64,000 nt of DNA from an uncultured delta proteobacterium (GCA_963848295.1 CAWKDB010000011.1:672001-736000), one strand, 5' to 3'. Shown: positions 22,060 to 34,329, counted from the first letter of the stretch. Notes: generated by a model from the sequence alone, not told the origin. A program made the numbers and translations.

Positions 22060-22617
22060 CTAGCGGATCAGCTTCGACAGCACGCGGAACTCGTCGCTAC
22101 CCGCGCGGCCGAGCAGATCGAACACGCAGACCTCGGTCGACGTCGCGATCGCTCCCGCCTTCGCGACCAGGCCCATCCCGATCTGCCAGTTCGCCTCGGT
22201 CCGGCTGCACACCGCATCGGCGACGACGTGCACCGCATGGCCACGCGCCGCGAGGTCACGCGCGGTCTGATAGACGCAGACGTGGGTCTCCATCCCGACG
22301 ACGATCCACTGATCGCGCTTGAGCTGCGGCGACAGCGCGGCGAACGCGGGCGACGCGGCGGCCGAGAACTCGAGCTTGTCGAAGCGATGCGCGTCGGCGG
22401 GCAGCGCGTCGGCGATCGCCGCGACCGTCGCGCCGAGGCCCTTGGGATACTGCTGGCTGACGACGATCGGGATGCCGAGCGTGTGCGCCGCGCGGATCAG
22501 GATCTGCGCGTTGCCGATCACCTTCGCGGCGGTCGCCTCGACCATCGCGGGCACGAGCCGGTCCTGGATGTCGATGACGAGCAGGCCGGCGCGCGTTCGG
22601 GACAGCGGCGCGATCAC
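22060..22617 (-). CDS. Isochorismatase-family cysteine hydrolase
   Basis: LLVIDIQ, QYPKGLG, K-FS, GMETHVCVYQT, DAVCSR. Confidence 0.92.
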   Translation of the reverse strand: MIAPLSRTRAGLLVIDIQDRLVPAMVEATAAKVIGNAQILIRAAHTLGIPIVVSQQYPKGLGATVAAIADALPADAHRFDKLEFSAAASPAFAALSPQLKRDQWIVVGMETHVCVYQTARDLAARGHAVHVVADAVCSRTEANWQIGMGLVAKAGAIATSTEVCVFDLLGRAGSDEFRVLSKLIR

Positions 22618-25427
22618 GACGCCACCTTCAACGTCGCGATCGCCTCGACCAGCCGCGCGCGGCGTTGCTGTTCATCCGCGAGCCGCGCCTTCTGCTCGGC
22701 GACGACCTCTTCGGGCGCGCGCGCCAGAAAGTCGGCGTTCCCGAGCTTCTTCTCGATCCCGCCGATCTCCTTGTCGCACTTCGCGATGTCCTTCTCGAGC
22801 CGCGCGGTCTCGGCCTTCGGATCGACGAGGCCGCCGAGCGGCATCACGATCTCGATGTCCGAGCCGACCAGCGTCTTGGCCGCGCCGGGGACCGCCGGAC
22901 CGGTGGCGCCGATGGTCGCGGTCACCTTCGCGCGATTCTCGAGCAGCTTCTGGTAGCCGAGCAGGATCTGGCGAGCCGCATCGCCGGTCACGCGCAGCTC
23001 GATCGCGATGGTCTGCGCCGGCGGCAGCGTGTAGGTCGCGCGCAGCATGCGGATCGCCGACACCGTGTCCTGCACGAGCCGCATCTCGGCTTCGGCCGCG
23101 GCGTCGACCCATTGCGCGTCGTTGCGCGGGAACACCGTGATCATCAGCGAGCCCGGCAGCTGCGGCGGCTTCGGCAGCTTCTGCCAGATCTCCTCGGTCA
23201 CGAACGGCGCGAACGGATGCAACAGCCGCATCGTCGTCTCGAGCGCGGTCGCGAGCACGCCCTGCACCATGTGGCGCTTCGTGTTGCGCGCCTGATCTTG
23301 CTGGAGCTCGTCGCTCTGATACAGGTGCGGCTTCGCGAGCTCGATGTACCAGTCGCACAGCTCGTCCCACACGAAGTGATAGATCGCGTTCGCGGCGTCG
23401 GCGAACCGGAACGCTTCGAGCGACGCGTCGACCTGGCCCGACACCGCCTGGAGGCGCGACAAGATCCAGCGCTCGGGCATGCCGAGCGCCGCCCTTCCCG
23501 CCGGCGTCGCGAGCTGCGCTTCGAACCGCTCGGGGTCGAAGTCGTCGAGGTTCATCAGCGCGAACCGCGAGGCGTTCCACAGCTTGTTGATGAAGTTGCG
23601 AAAGCCCTCGACCCGCTCGATCGACAGCCGGATCCGCGAGCTGCCGGTGTTGAGCGCGGCGAGCGCGAACCGCAGCGCATCGGCGCCCATCGCCGGGATG
23701 CCCTTCGGGAAGTGCTTCTTGATCGCCTTCTTCGTCGCATCGGGATCGGGCGGCTTCTCGACGTCGACCCGCGCGAGCAACACGTCGAGCGACGCGCCGT
23801 GCACGACGTCGAGCGGATCGATCACGTTGCCCTTGGTCTTCGACATCTTGTCGCCGTTTTCGTCGGTGACGATCGACGTCAGGTACACCGTGCGGAACGG
23901 CACCTTGCCGGTGAAGTACAGCCCGAACATCATCATCCGGGCGACCCAGAAGAAGATGATGTCCGGCCCGGTGACGAGCACCGAGTTCGGATAGAACGCG
24001 GCGAGCTCGCGCGTCTTGTCGGGCCAGCCGAGCGTCGAGAACGGCCACAACGCCGACGAAAACCACGTGTCGAGGATGTCCTCGTCCTGGTGCAGTGTGC
24101 CGCCGCACTTGGTGCACGTCGTCGGATCGGTGCGCGAGACTTCGATGTGGCCGCACTTGTCGCAATGCCACGCCGGAATGCGATGGCCCCACCACAGCTG
24201 GCGCGAGATGCACCAGTCGCGGATGTTGGACATCCAGTTCATGAACGTCTTGGTGTGGAGCTCGGGGACGAACTTCGTCTTGCCCTGCTCGACCGCGGCC
24301 GCCGCCGCCGCCGCGAGCGGAGCGGCCTTGACCCACCACTGCTCCATCAGCATCGGCTCGATCACCGCGCCCGAGCGCTGACTGCGGCCACGCGGGACCT
24401 TGTACGGCTTCGCGCCGACGAGGAATCCCCCCGCCTCGAGGTCCGCGACCACCGCGGCGCGCGCTTCGTCGACCGTCATCCCGATGTACTTCGCCGGGGC
24501 GGGCGCGCAGATCTTGCCGTGGGTGTCGATGACTTGCAGGATCGGCACGCCGGTGCGCAGCGCCGCTTCGTAGTCGTTCGGATCGTGCGCCGGCGTGACC
24601 TTGACCGCGCCGGAGCCGAACGCCGGGTCGACGAACGCATCGGCGACGACCGGGATCGTGCGCCCGGACAGCGGCAGCTCGAGCTGCTTGCCGACCAGCG
24701 CCTTGTAGCGCTCGTCGTCGGGGTGAACCGCGACCGCGGTGTCGCCGAGCATCGTCTCGGGCCGGGTCGTCGCGACCACGATCTCGCCGCCGCCGACGAT
24801 CGGATAGCGAATGTCCCAGAGCTGCCCGTTCTCTTCCGCGGTGTCGACCTCGAGGTCCGAGACCACGGTCTGGCTCGCCGGGTCCCAGTTGATCATCCGC
24901 TTCGCGCGGAAGATCAGCCCGGCTTCGTAGAGCCTGACGAACGCCTCGCGCACCGCGGCGTTGGACTTGTCGTCCATCGTGAACCGCTCGCGTGGCCAGT
25001 CGAGCGAGAACCCCATCAGCTTTTCTTGCTCGCTGATGCGATGGCCGCTGCGCTCCTTCCACGCCCAGGCGCGCTTCATGAACTCGTCGCGGCCGAGCTC
25101 GAACCGCGTCTTGTGCTCGCGTCGCTTGAGATCTTTTTCGAGCAGCACGTGCACCGCGATCGACGCGTGGTCGATGCCCGGCATCCACATCGTGTTGAAC
25201 GCCTGCATCCGGCGCCAGCGGATCAAGATGTCTTGCATCGACGAGCCGAGCGCGTGGCCGATGTGCAGCGAGCCGGTGACGTTCGGCGGCGGCAGCGTGA
25301 TCGAATACGGAACGCGCGGCGACGTTTCGTCGGCGTGATAGAAGCCGTTTTCGAGCCAGAACCTCAACCAGCCGGGCTCGACGTCCGACGGGTCGTACTG
25401 CTTCGGAAGCGTCGACGACGTTGACAC
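22614..25427 (-). CDS. valS: Valine--tRNA ligase
   Basis: PPPNVTGSLHIGH, ATTRPETMLGD, DWCISRQLWWGH and KMSKTKGN motifs; C-terminal coiled coil. Confidence 0.98.
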   Translation of the reverse strand: MSTSSTLPKQYDPSDVEPGWLRFWLENGFYHADETSPRVPYSITLPPPNVTGSLHIGHALGSSMQDILIRWRRMQAFNTMWMPGIDHASIAVHVLLEKDLKRREHKTRFELGRDEFMKRAWAWKERSGHRISEQEKLMGFSLDWPRERFTMDDKSNAAVREAFVRLYEAGLIFRAKRMINWDPASQTVVSDLEVDTAEENGQLWDIRYPIVGGGEIVVATTRPETMLGDTAVAVHPDDERYKALVGKQLELPLSGRTIPVVADAFVDPAFGSGAVKVTPAHDPNDYEAALRTGVPILQVIDTHGKICAPAPAKYIGMTVDEARAAVVADLEAGGFLVGAKPYKVPRGRSQRSGAVIEPMLMEQWWVKAAPLAAAAAAAVEQGKTKFVPELHTKTFMNWMSNIRDWCISRQLWWGHRIPAWHCDKCGHIEVSRTDPTTCTKCGGTLHQDEDILDTWFSSALWPFSTLGWPDKTRELAAFYPNSVLVTGPDIIFFWVARMMMFGLYFTGKVPFRTVYLTSIVTDENGDKMSKTKGNVIDPLDVVHGASLDVLLARVDVEKPPDPDATKKAIKKHFPKGIPAMGADALRFALAALNTGSSRIRLSIERVEGFRNFINKLWNASRFALMNLDDFDPERFEAQLATPAGRAALGMPERWILSRLQAVSGQVDASLEAFRFADAANAIYHFVWDELCDWYIELAKPHLYQSDELQQDQARNTKRHMVQGVLATALETTMRLLHPFAPFVTEEIWQKLPKPPQLPGSLMITVFPRNDAQWVDAAAEAEMRLVQDTVSAIRMLRATYTLPPAQTIAIELRVTGDAARQILLGYQKLLENRAKVTATIGATGPAVPGAAKTLVGSDIEIVMPLGGLVDPKAETARLEKDIAKCDKEIGGIEKKLGNADFLARAPEEVVAEQKARLADEQQRRARLVEAIATLKVAS

Positions 25428-25454
25428 GCGCGCAAGCTACCACAGCGACCGCAA

Positions 25455-25600
25455 GCAGGAGCCTTCCGACGACGTTCTACGGCGCGCGCGTCAACGTGGA
25501 GGTGAAGCTCGAACGCGAGATTGATGCGTGTCTATCTAACACCATGAGACCACCTCGTTTGCGCGCTGTCTCGCCAGGTCGCATCGTCGGAGGGCTGCGC
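25455..25600. other. Long imperfect hairpin upstream of valS / downstream of four-helix-bundle gene
   Basis: agccttccgacgacg (~25460) pairs with catcgtcggagggct (~25582-25596); inner gcgcgc/aacg/gaggtg arms pair with cacctc/cgtt/gcgcgc. Confidence 0.5.
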
Positions 25601-25620
25601 TCGGCCGCCGACGTCCGAGG

Positions 25621-25941
25621 TTAGTGCGTGAGGCGCCAGAGCATCGCGCGCACCTGGTCGAGCACCTCGTCGACGTGCGCGAAGTCCGCCGGGGTGATGT
25701 AGCCGCGCGCCTCGGCGATGCGAAGCGCTGCGGTGAGCTCGCCGGCGCTGCCGGCGGCTCGGCGATACAGATCGGGGCGATCGAGCCCGACGCGCGCGCG
25801 ACCTTCGGCGAGGTTGAGCGCGACGCTCTCGGAGGCGCGCACGATCTCGTCGGCGAGGGATTTGCGCCGGCGGCGAACTTTGGGCTCGAGCGGTTCGAGG
25901 CGCGCGATGACGGCGAGTGCGGATTCGAGGGCGATGAACAT
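25621..25941 (-). CDS. Four-helix-bundle protein (23S rRNA IVS / Avd-like family), copy 1
   Basis: LADEIVRASESVALNLAEG...RRAAGSAGE motif typical of the family; GGAG RBS before ATG 25941. Confidence 0.9.
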   Translation of the reverse strand: MFIALESALAVIARLEPLEPKVRRRRKSLADEIVRASESVALNLAEGRARVGLDRPDLYRRAAGSAGELTAALRIAEARGYITPADFAHVDEVLDQVRAMLWRLTH

Positions 25942-25954
25942 GGTTGGCTCCAAG

Positions 25955-26150
25955 GGTTCGTGGGCGGCGTTCGTTCGTTCGCCGTCAAGCGCCGCAGCGC
26001 GCCGGGCCCGTGACGAGCGCGGCGTCGGCCCACCGCAGGCGTCGGTCGATCAACTCCGCGGCGGCCGACCGCATACGTCGATGGTCTCAGCGCTCGGCGC
26101 GGGACGGGCGCGCAAGCGGCGCGACGGCGAACGAACGCCGCCCACGAACC
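25955..26150 (-). ncRNA. Putative structured leader RNA of four-helix-bundle copy 1
   Basis: Inverted arms 25955-25986 and 26123-26150 (28 bp with a 4-nt bulge); nested stems; core shared with 26519..26712. Confidence 0.55.
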
Positions 26151-26167
26151 GAATGCGAGCGAGATCA

Positions 26168-26486
<319 letters not shown>

Positions 26487-26518
26487 TCCTCGAACGACGC
26501 CGCGTCTCGCTGAGTCTC

Positions 26519-26712
26519 GGGCGGCGCGCCGTCGTCGTCGCCCCTGGCCGCTCGCGCGCTCGCGCCTCGCCGAGCGCCGAGAACACCGACGCCTGCGAAC
26601 GGCCGCCGCGAAGTTGATCGACCGACGCGTGAGATCGCCGGGCGCGGCGCTCGTCACGGCGCGTGCGCGCTTGGCGGCCGACGGGGCGAACGACGACGAC
26701 GACGCACCGCCC
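26519..26712 (+). ncRNA. Putative structured leader RNA of four-helix-bundle copy 2
   Basis: Arm gggcggcgcgccgtcgtcgtcgcccctggccgc (26519-26551) pairs imperfectly with gcggccgacggggcgaacgacgacgacgacgcaccgccc (26674-26712); core cggccgccgcg(a/g)agttgatcgaccgacgc shared with copy 1. Confidence 0.55.
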
Positions 26713-26728
26713 TCACCCAGGAGAACTT

Positions 26729-27052
26729 ATGGCTTTCGATGCTCTCGAAGTTTCGCTCACGATGCTCCGCCAGCTCGCCCCGCTCGAGTCGAAGCTGAAG
26801 CGCCACCGGAAATCGCTTGCCGACGAAGTGGTCCGCGCCGGCGAGAGCGTCGCGCTGAATATCAGCGAGGGCCGCGCGCGCGTCGGCCTCGATCGGCCCG
26901 ACTTCTATCGCCGCGCCGCCGGCAGCGCGAACGAGCTCACCACCGCGCTCCGCATCGCCGAGGCGCGCGGCATCATCACAACCGCCGACCTCGCCGCGAT
27001 CGAACCGCTCCTCGATCGCATTCGCGCGATGCTGTGGCGGCTCACGCACTGA
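26729..27052 (+). CDS. Four-helix-bundle protein (23S rRNA IVS / Avd-like family), copy 2
   Basis: LADEVVRAGESVALNISEG...RRAAGSANE; AGGAG RBS; roughly two-thirds identical to copy 1 by eye. Confidence 0.9.
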   Translation: MAFDALEVSLTMLRQLAPLESKLKRHRKSLADEVVRAGESVALNISEGRARVGLDRPDFYRRAAGSANELTTALRIAEARGIITTADLAAIEPLLDRIRAMLWRLTH

Positions 27053-27055
27053 TGC

Positions 27056-27205
27056 GACCGCTGCCGCTGTCGCTGCCGCTGACCGCTGCCGTCGCCGCTG
27101 ACCGCTGCCGCTGCCGCTGCCGCTGACCGCTGCCGTCGCCGCTGACCGCTGCCGTCGCCGCTGCCGCTGCCGCTGACCGCTGCCGGGCTGCCGCTGACCG
27201 CCGCC
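27056..27205. repeat. CCGCTG/CCGCTGA tandem-repeat array downstream of four-helix-bundle copy 2
   Basis: Same motif and orientation as 26168..26486; fills the gap up to the romR stop. Confidence 0.93.
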
Positions 27206-27207
27206 GG

Positions 27208-28170
27208 CTAGCTGCGGCGCTGCGCCGCGAGGTCGTGCAGGTTCTCGCGGATGATCTGCTCGGCGAGGTCGGGCACGATCTCCCACACGATGCGCTCGAC
27301 CACTTCGGCCGACAGCTTCAGCAGCGCGAGCAGCTCCGGGCTGCCTGGCTCGATGCCGGCGGCGGCGGCGAGCTGAGCCGCCATCTTCGCGAGCGTGCGC
27401 TCGACCAGCGCCGAGCGCTTCGTCGGGGAGCCCGCGACCATCGGCGAACGGTTCATCCCGCCGATCGCTGGCGACGCTGACGGAATCGAGACCGGCGCCG
27501 CGGCAGCAGCGACCGCAGCGGCCGCAGCGGGAGCAGGTGGCCGCAAGGCAGGTCCGGTAGATGGGCCCGTGGAGATCGGCGGGACCGCCATGACGGTGGT
27601 CTTCGCAGGCGCCGGTGCGACCGCAGGAGCGACGCCACCCGGCATCTTGATCGTGGGCATCCCCATGATCGTCGCCGAACGCGGGGGCATCGCGGCGGCC
27701 ATGCCGGCGTTCGGCGTCGGCTTGACGACCGGCGCTGCCGCGGCCGGCGCGTGCGCGACGACCGAGGCGGGTGCCGAGGAAACGCCCGGCTTCGCGACCA
27801 CGCCCTTACCGGCGATCTCGCCGATCTTCTCGAGCATCGTCTGGGTGTCCCACGGCTTGGGCAGGTTCCCGTCGGCGCCGACCTGCGTACCCTTCGCGTT
27901 GTCGTACGGCGCGCTGTTGCCGACGAGGATCACGACCGGGACGTCGGCGGTCTTCGGGTCCGACTTGATCGCGAGGCACAGGTCGTAACCGGACTTGCCG
28001 GCGATCTGCGCGTCCGCGAGGATCACGCTCGGCTTTTGGCCTTTGGCTTTCTCGAGACCCTCGTCGTAGGTCCGGGCGCCGACATATTGGAAGTCGGTAC
28101 CGCGGAAGGTGATGTCAGCGACTTGCTGCATCGTCGCGCTGTCATCCACGCACAAAACGATCTTGCTCAC
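27208..28170 (-). CDS. romR: RomR-like response regulator (motility polarity)
   Basis: N-terminal receiver (CVDDS...ILAD...KPW), Pro/Ala-rich linker, C-terminal EVVERIVWEIVPDLAEQIIRE motif; GGAGG RBS before GTG 28170; near valS. Confidence 0.82.
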   Translation of the reverse strand: MSKIVLCVDDSATMQQVADITFRGTDFQYVGARTYDEGLEKAKGQKPSVILADAQIAGKSGYDLCLAIKSDPKTADVPVVILVGNSAPYDNAKGTQVGADGNLPKPWDTQTMLEKIGEIAGKGVVAKPGVSSAPASVVAHAPAAAAPVVKPTPNAGMAAAMPPRSATIMGMPTIKMPGGVAPAVAPAPAKTTVMAVPPISTGPSTGPALRPPAPAAAAAVAAAAAPVSIPSASPAIGGMNRSPMVAGSPTKRSALVERTLAKMAAQLAAAAGIEPGSPELLALLKLSAEVVERIVWEIVPDLAEQIIRENLHDLAAQRRS

Positions 28171-28300
28171 TTGGGTCCTCCGAGAGCGCCAGCGGGGCAC
28201 GAGCCCCCACCGTCGAGCCCAGAATATCAGGCGATTTCCCGACGGGTCAAACCAACTGCCCGAATTTACGTCGGCATTCGCGTGCTAGTTTCCGCCGCCG

Positions 28301-30295
<1,995 letters not shown>

Positions 30296-30312
30296 CGGCC
30301 AAAGACGGCGCG

Positions 30313-30948
30313 TTACTTGGCGTGCTTGCGAATCTGCTCGAGTAACGCCGCGCAATCCGCGAGCGAGCGATCGAGGCGGGCGCGCATGCTCGGATCACCA
30401 GCGATGTCGTCGAACAGCCTGCCGCGCCGCGCGACCGAGCGCAGCATCGCGGCGGCGTCTTCGGCGTGGCGGATCGTGCGCTCGGGGTACGGCACCGCGT
30501 TGTGCGCGACGACGACCTGATGCGCGACGTTGCCCCCGCCGATCCGGGTGCCGTGCGCGAGCCCTTGGGCGACGGCCGGGGTCGGCGCCAAGCCACCAGC
30601 CCGCGCCGCGTCTCCGTGCCCGCCCGGCATCGGCACCGCCGGGTTGACCGACGACACGGTGACGATCCGGCTCGTGCGCACGGTCGCGACCTCCATCGCC
30701 TGGCCGATCCACTCGTCGACCGGCACGTCGAACATCGAGCGCGATCCGACGCGCGGCTCGCTGTCGCGGACGACGACGTGCTCGCGGTCGCCGCCGGTCG
30801 CGCCGCGCACGACCACGTAACGCCGGTCGCGGTCCTTGTGGAACGCCACGAAGTACGTGCTCGACTCGGTCTGGACCTTGTAAATTTGATCCGGCCGGTC
30901 CCGGAGGTCGCCGAACACGGTCTTCGTCAGGTCCTCGCGATACGCCAT
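30313..30948 (-). CDS. Hypothetical protein
   Basis: ATG-started ORF with protein-like composition, following the ABC operon on the same strand. Confidence 0.7.
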   Translation of the reverse strand: MAYREDLTKTVFGDLRDRPDQIYKVQTESSTYFVAFHKDRDRRYVVVRGATGGDREHVVVRDSEPRVGSRSMFDVPVDEWIGQAMEVATVRTSRIVTVSSVNPAVPMPGGHGDAARAGGLAPTPAVAQGLAHGTRIGGGNVAHQVVVAHNAVPYPERTIRHAEDAAAMLRSVARRGRLFDDIAGDPSMRARLDRSLADCAALLEQIRKHAK

Positions 30949-30968
30949 GAGGTAGCGACCAGCTTACC

Positions 30969-31826
30969 TCAGCCCTCTACCTTACCGAGCGCTTTCGGCG
31001 GCTGGCCGCGCCCGCCGAAGATCGCGAGCACGGCGACCGTCACGATGTAAGGCAACAGCGCGACGAGCTCGGCCGGAAGCTCGCGACCGTATGCGTTCTG
31101 CACCATGTGGCTGACGGTCTCCGCGATCGCGACGCCGACGCACGCGAACGCCGCGATGCCGGGCCGCCAGCCGGCGAGGATCACCATCGCGAGCGCCATG
31201 TAGCCGCGCCCGCTCGACATGTCGGAGATGAACCCGGTGCCGCGCAGCGACAGGTGCGCTCCGCCGACGCCCGCGAGCGCACCGCCGACCATCGCCGCGA
31301 ACAAGCGAGCGCGCGACGGCGCGACCCCCGCGGCGCGCAACGCGTCGGGGCGATCCCCCGCGGCGCGCAGGCGCAGCCCCCAGCGCGTGCGCGCCAACGC
31401 GAACGGCACGGCGACTGCCGCGAGCGCCGCGATCCACACCGCGGGATTCGCGATCACCGCGCTGCCGAAGCCATCGATCCGCGGTGCGTTCTGGCCTTCG
31501 TGGTAGATGAGCTGCAACAACAAGCGCGTGCCGGCGAGCGCGACGATGTTGAGGCCGATGCCGACGACGATCTGGTCAGCGCGCAGGGTCAACGCAAAAC
31601 CGGTCTGCACCGCCGCGACGATCGCACCCGCGAGCGCGCCCGCGGTGATCCCGAGGTACAGCGAGCCGGTCGCGTGTGCGACCGCGGCCGCCGCGAACGC
31701 GCCGAACAGCAGCTTCGCTTCGAGCGCGAGATCGATCAGCCCCGAGCGCTCGGTGATCACGCCGCACAACGCCGCGAGCACGTACGGCACGGCGTTCGGA
31801 ATCACGCGTGCGAAGAATTCGATCAC
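30969..31826 (-). CDS. ABC transporter permease (nucleoside/BMP type)
   Basis: ERSGLIDLALE, ADQIVVG, WGLRLRAAGD, GRGYMALA, LPYIVT...PPKALG; GTG overlaps the upstream stop. Confidence 0.9.
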   Translation of the reverse strand: MIEFFARVIPNAVPYVLAALCGVITERSGLIDLALEAKLLFGAFAAAAVAHATGSLYLGITAGALAGAIVAAVQTGFALTLRADQIVVGIGLNIVALAGTRLLLQLIYHEGQNAPRIDGFGSAVIANPAVWIAALAAVAVPFALARTRWGLRLRAAGDRPDALRAAGVAPSRARLFAAMVGGALAGVGGAHLSLRGTGFISDMSSGRGYMALAMVILAGWRPGIAAFACVGVAIAETVSHMVQNAYGRELPAELVALLPYIVTVAVLAIFGGRGQPPKALGKVEG

Positions 31827-32833
31827 GACGCCGCCGCCTGACGCCGCACGTACGGGACCGCGGCCGCGACCGCGAGCAGCACCACGCCCTGCAGCACCTC
31901 GCTGACCTCGCGCGGCACGAGGCGCGAGACCGACAGGCCGCCGACCGACAGAAAGCCTAGGCCGAGCGAGGCGACCGCGATCCCGACGGGATGGACGCGC
32001 CCGAGCAGCGCCGCGACGATGCCGAGGATCCCGGTGCCGCTGCCGAGGCCTTGCTCGAACGCGTGCTTGTCGCCCATCACGAAGTTCGCGGCCGCGAGCC
32101 CGGCGAGCGCGCCCGCGCCGGTCATCGCGAGCAGCCGCACTCGCCCGACCGAGATGCCGACCGCGCGCGCGGCGTCCGGATCGCGACCGACCGTGCGCCA
32201 CGCGTTGCCCCACACCGAGCGCTCGCGCAACCACCACATCGCCGCGACCGCGACCGCGGCGAGGACGATCGCGGTGTTCGCCGCACTGCCCGCGAGCGGC
32301 AACTGCGGCAGCTCCGCGCCCCGTGCGATCGGCGCACCGGTCGTCGTGCCGGCGCGGAACACGTAGCTGTTGCCGAGCCACAGCGTCACGCCCGCGACGA
32401 TCGCGTTGAACATGATCGACGTGATCACCTCGTGCGCCCCGCGATAGACACGCAGCGCTCCGATCGCGGCACCGATCGCGGCACCGGCCCCAGCCGCCGC
32501 GACGAGGCACGCCGGGATCGCGACGATCGCGGGCGTGGCCGCCGGTAACGCCGCGCCGACCACCGCGCACGCGAGCACGCCGGCACCGAGCTGCGCTTCG
32601 GCGCCGATGTTGAACAGCCCGACGTCGAGCGCGAGCGCGACGGAGAGCCCGGTCAGCGCGAGCCCGGTGGCCTTGTACAGCACCTGGCCGAGCGCGAACC
32701 GGTCGCCGAGGGTCTCGACGATCATCGTCCACCACACGTTCGCCGGCGAGCGCCCGACGATCAGCATCAGCACGCTGCCGATCGCGATCGACGCGAGCAC
32801 CGCGATCGCGACGGCCTGGAGCTCGCGCTTCAC
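31823..32833 (-). CDS. ABC transporter permease (nucleoside/BMP type)
   Basis: GLFNIGAEAQ, HEVITSIMFN, GIVAALLGR; multi-TM. Confidence 0.9.
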   Translation of the reverse strand: MKRELQAVAIAVLASIAIGSVLMLIVGRSPANVWWTMIVETLGDRFALGQVLYKATGLALTGLSVALALDVGLFNIGAEAQLGAGVLACAVVGAALPAATPAIVAIPACLVAAAGAGAAIGAAIGALRVYRGAHEVITSIMFNAIVAGVTLWLGNSYVFRAGTTTGAPIARGAELPQLPLAGSAANTAIVLAAVAVAAMWWLRERSVWGNAWRTVGRDPDAARAVGISVGRVRLLAMTGAGALAGLAAANFVMGDKHAFEQGLGSGTGILGIVAALLGRVHPVGIAVASLGLGFLSVGGLSVSRLVPREVSEVLQGVVLLAVAAAVPYVRRQAAAS

Positions 32834-34329
32834 ACCGCCCCCGTCATCAGCGCGCCGATCGCATCGCGCGCGCCCCCCGACCGCAACGCCTCGCCGCCGC
32901 GCTCGCCGACGATCCGACCGCGCAGCAGCACGACCGCGCGATGGCACAGCGCGAGCAACTCGTCGAGATCGGCGGACACCACGAGCACACCGGCTCCGGC
33001 CGCGGCAGCGGCGCGCAGGCGATCGTGGATCTTCACCACCGCGCCGAGATCGACGCCGCGCGTCGGTTGCGCCGCGACGACGCAGGCGAGCGCCGGCCGC
33101 GACAGCTCGCGCCCGATCACGATCTTTTGCTGGTTGCCGCCCGACAGCGCGCTGGCCTGTGCGGTCGGATCGGGCGGCCGGATGTCGAGCTCGCGGATCT
33201 GCTGCTCGGCGTGTGAGGCGACGCGCGCGCGATCGATCCGGAACCGGCCGGTGACGTCGCGCCGCCCGAGCGCGAGGTTGTCGGCGACCGTCGCGGCGAG
33301 CACGAGCCCGCCGTGATGGCGATCCTCGGGCACGTGCGCGAGCCCGGCGGCGAGCCGCATCGCGGGGGTCGCCGCGCTGACGTCGCGATCGCCGATCCGC
33401 ACGCTGCCCGCGTGACGCACGAGCCCCGCGATCGCGAGCACGAGCTCGCGCTGGCCGTTGCCATCGACGCCGGCGACCCCGACGATCTCGCCGGCGCGCA
33501 CGCGCAGCGCGATGTCGTGCAGGTCATCACCGACCGCGACGCCAGCGAGCTCGAGTGCGATGCTCGCGGTCTCGGCTGGCGCCGCGAGCGGCATCGGCGC
33601 TGGCAGCTCGCTGCCGATCATCGCGTGCGCGATCGCGGCGACATCCAACCGCGGCGACTCGGTCCGAGCCGCGAACGTTGCGACGGACACCCCGGCGCGC
33701 AACACCGTGACGTCGTCGGCGATCGCGCGCACCTCGTCGAGCTTGTGCGTGACCAGCACGATCGCGGTGCCGTCGGCGGCGATCCGGCGCAGCGTCGCGA
33801 GCAAGCCGTCGACCTCGATCGGCGTGAGCACCGCGGTCGGCTCGTCGAGCACGAGCAGCTTCGCGCCGTCGTACAGCGCCGCGACGATCTCGGCGCGCTG
33901 GGCGGCCCCGAGCGATAGCTGATCGACGCGCGCACGGGGGTCGATCGGCAAGCCGGTCCGCTGACCGAGCGCCGCGAGCGCGGCGGCCGCCTCGTCGAGA
34001 TCGAGCAACGGCCCGGCGAGCGGCTCGGCGCCGAGCACCGCGTTCTCGACGACGCTGAGCGTGCCGGCGAACGCGCCGTGCTGTTGCACGATCCCGATCC
34101 GCGCCCCACGCGCCGCTCGACGATCCCAGCGTGCGAGATCGACCGCGCGACCGTCGACGGTCAACGTCCCCTCGCCCGCGATCACGCCCGCGACGATCTT
34201 GACGAGCGTGCTCTTGCCCGCGCCGTTCTCGCCGACGAGCGCGTGCACCGTCCCGGGCGCCACCGCGAGCCGCGCGCGCCGGAGCACGGGGACGCCGGCG
34301 TAGCGCTTGTCGAGCTCGCACGTGATCAT
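32830..34329 (-). CDS. ABC transporter ATP-binding protein (two NBDs, CUT2 type)
   Basis: GENGAGKS, LVLDEPT, GVDGNGQ, LSGGNQQK, QPTRGVD; ATG at 34329. Confidence 0.93.
   Translation of the reverse strand: MITCELDKRYAGVPVLRRARLAVAPGTVHALVGENGAGKSTLVKIVAGVIAGEGTLTVDGRAVDLARWDRRAARGARIGIVQQHGAFAGTLSVVENAVLGAEPLAGPLLDLDEAAAALAALGQRTGLPIDPRARVDQLSLGAAQRAEIVAALYDGAKLLVLDEPTAVLTPIEVDGLLATLRRIAADGTAIVLVTHKLDEVRAIADDVTVLRAGVSVATFAARTESPRLDVAAIAHAMIGSELPAPMPLAAPAETASIALELAGVAVGDDLHDIALRVRAGEIVGVAGVDGNGQRELVLAIAGLVRHAGSVRIGDRDVSAATPAMRLAAGLAHVPEDRHHGGLVLAATVADNLALGRRDVTGRFRIDRARVASHAEQQIRELDIRPPDPTAQASALSGGNQQKIVIGRELSRPALACVVAAQPTRGVDLGAVVKIHDRLRAAAAAGAGVLVVSADLDELLALCHRAVVLLRGRIVGERGGEALRSGGARDAIGALMTGAV

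Noticed and set aside
13379..25443. Very long alternative-frame and antisense ORFs (e.g. 13379..16219 +, 22665..25424 +, 22672..25443 -)
   Set aside because: These are Arg/Ala-rich shadow ORFs expected in GC-rich DNA, and they overlap well-supported genes.
25430..25620. T-box, SRP or 6S RNA upstream of valS
   Set aside because: No T-box UGGNACC motif and no SRP CAGG...GGAA...AGCAG motif; the 6S resemblance is architectural only, so it is kept as an unassigned hairpin.
25534..25626. Integron attC site (ATCTAAC...GTTAGTG)
   Set aside because: The right end does not fit GTTRRRY, the interior is not palindromic in that register, and there is no integrase.
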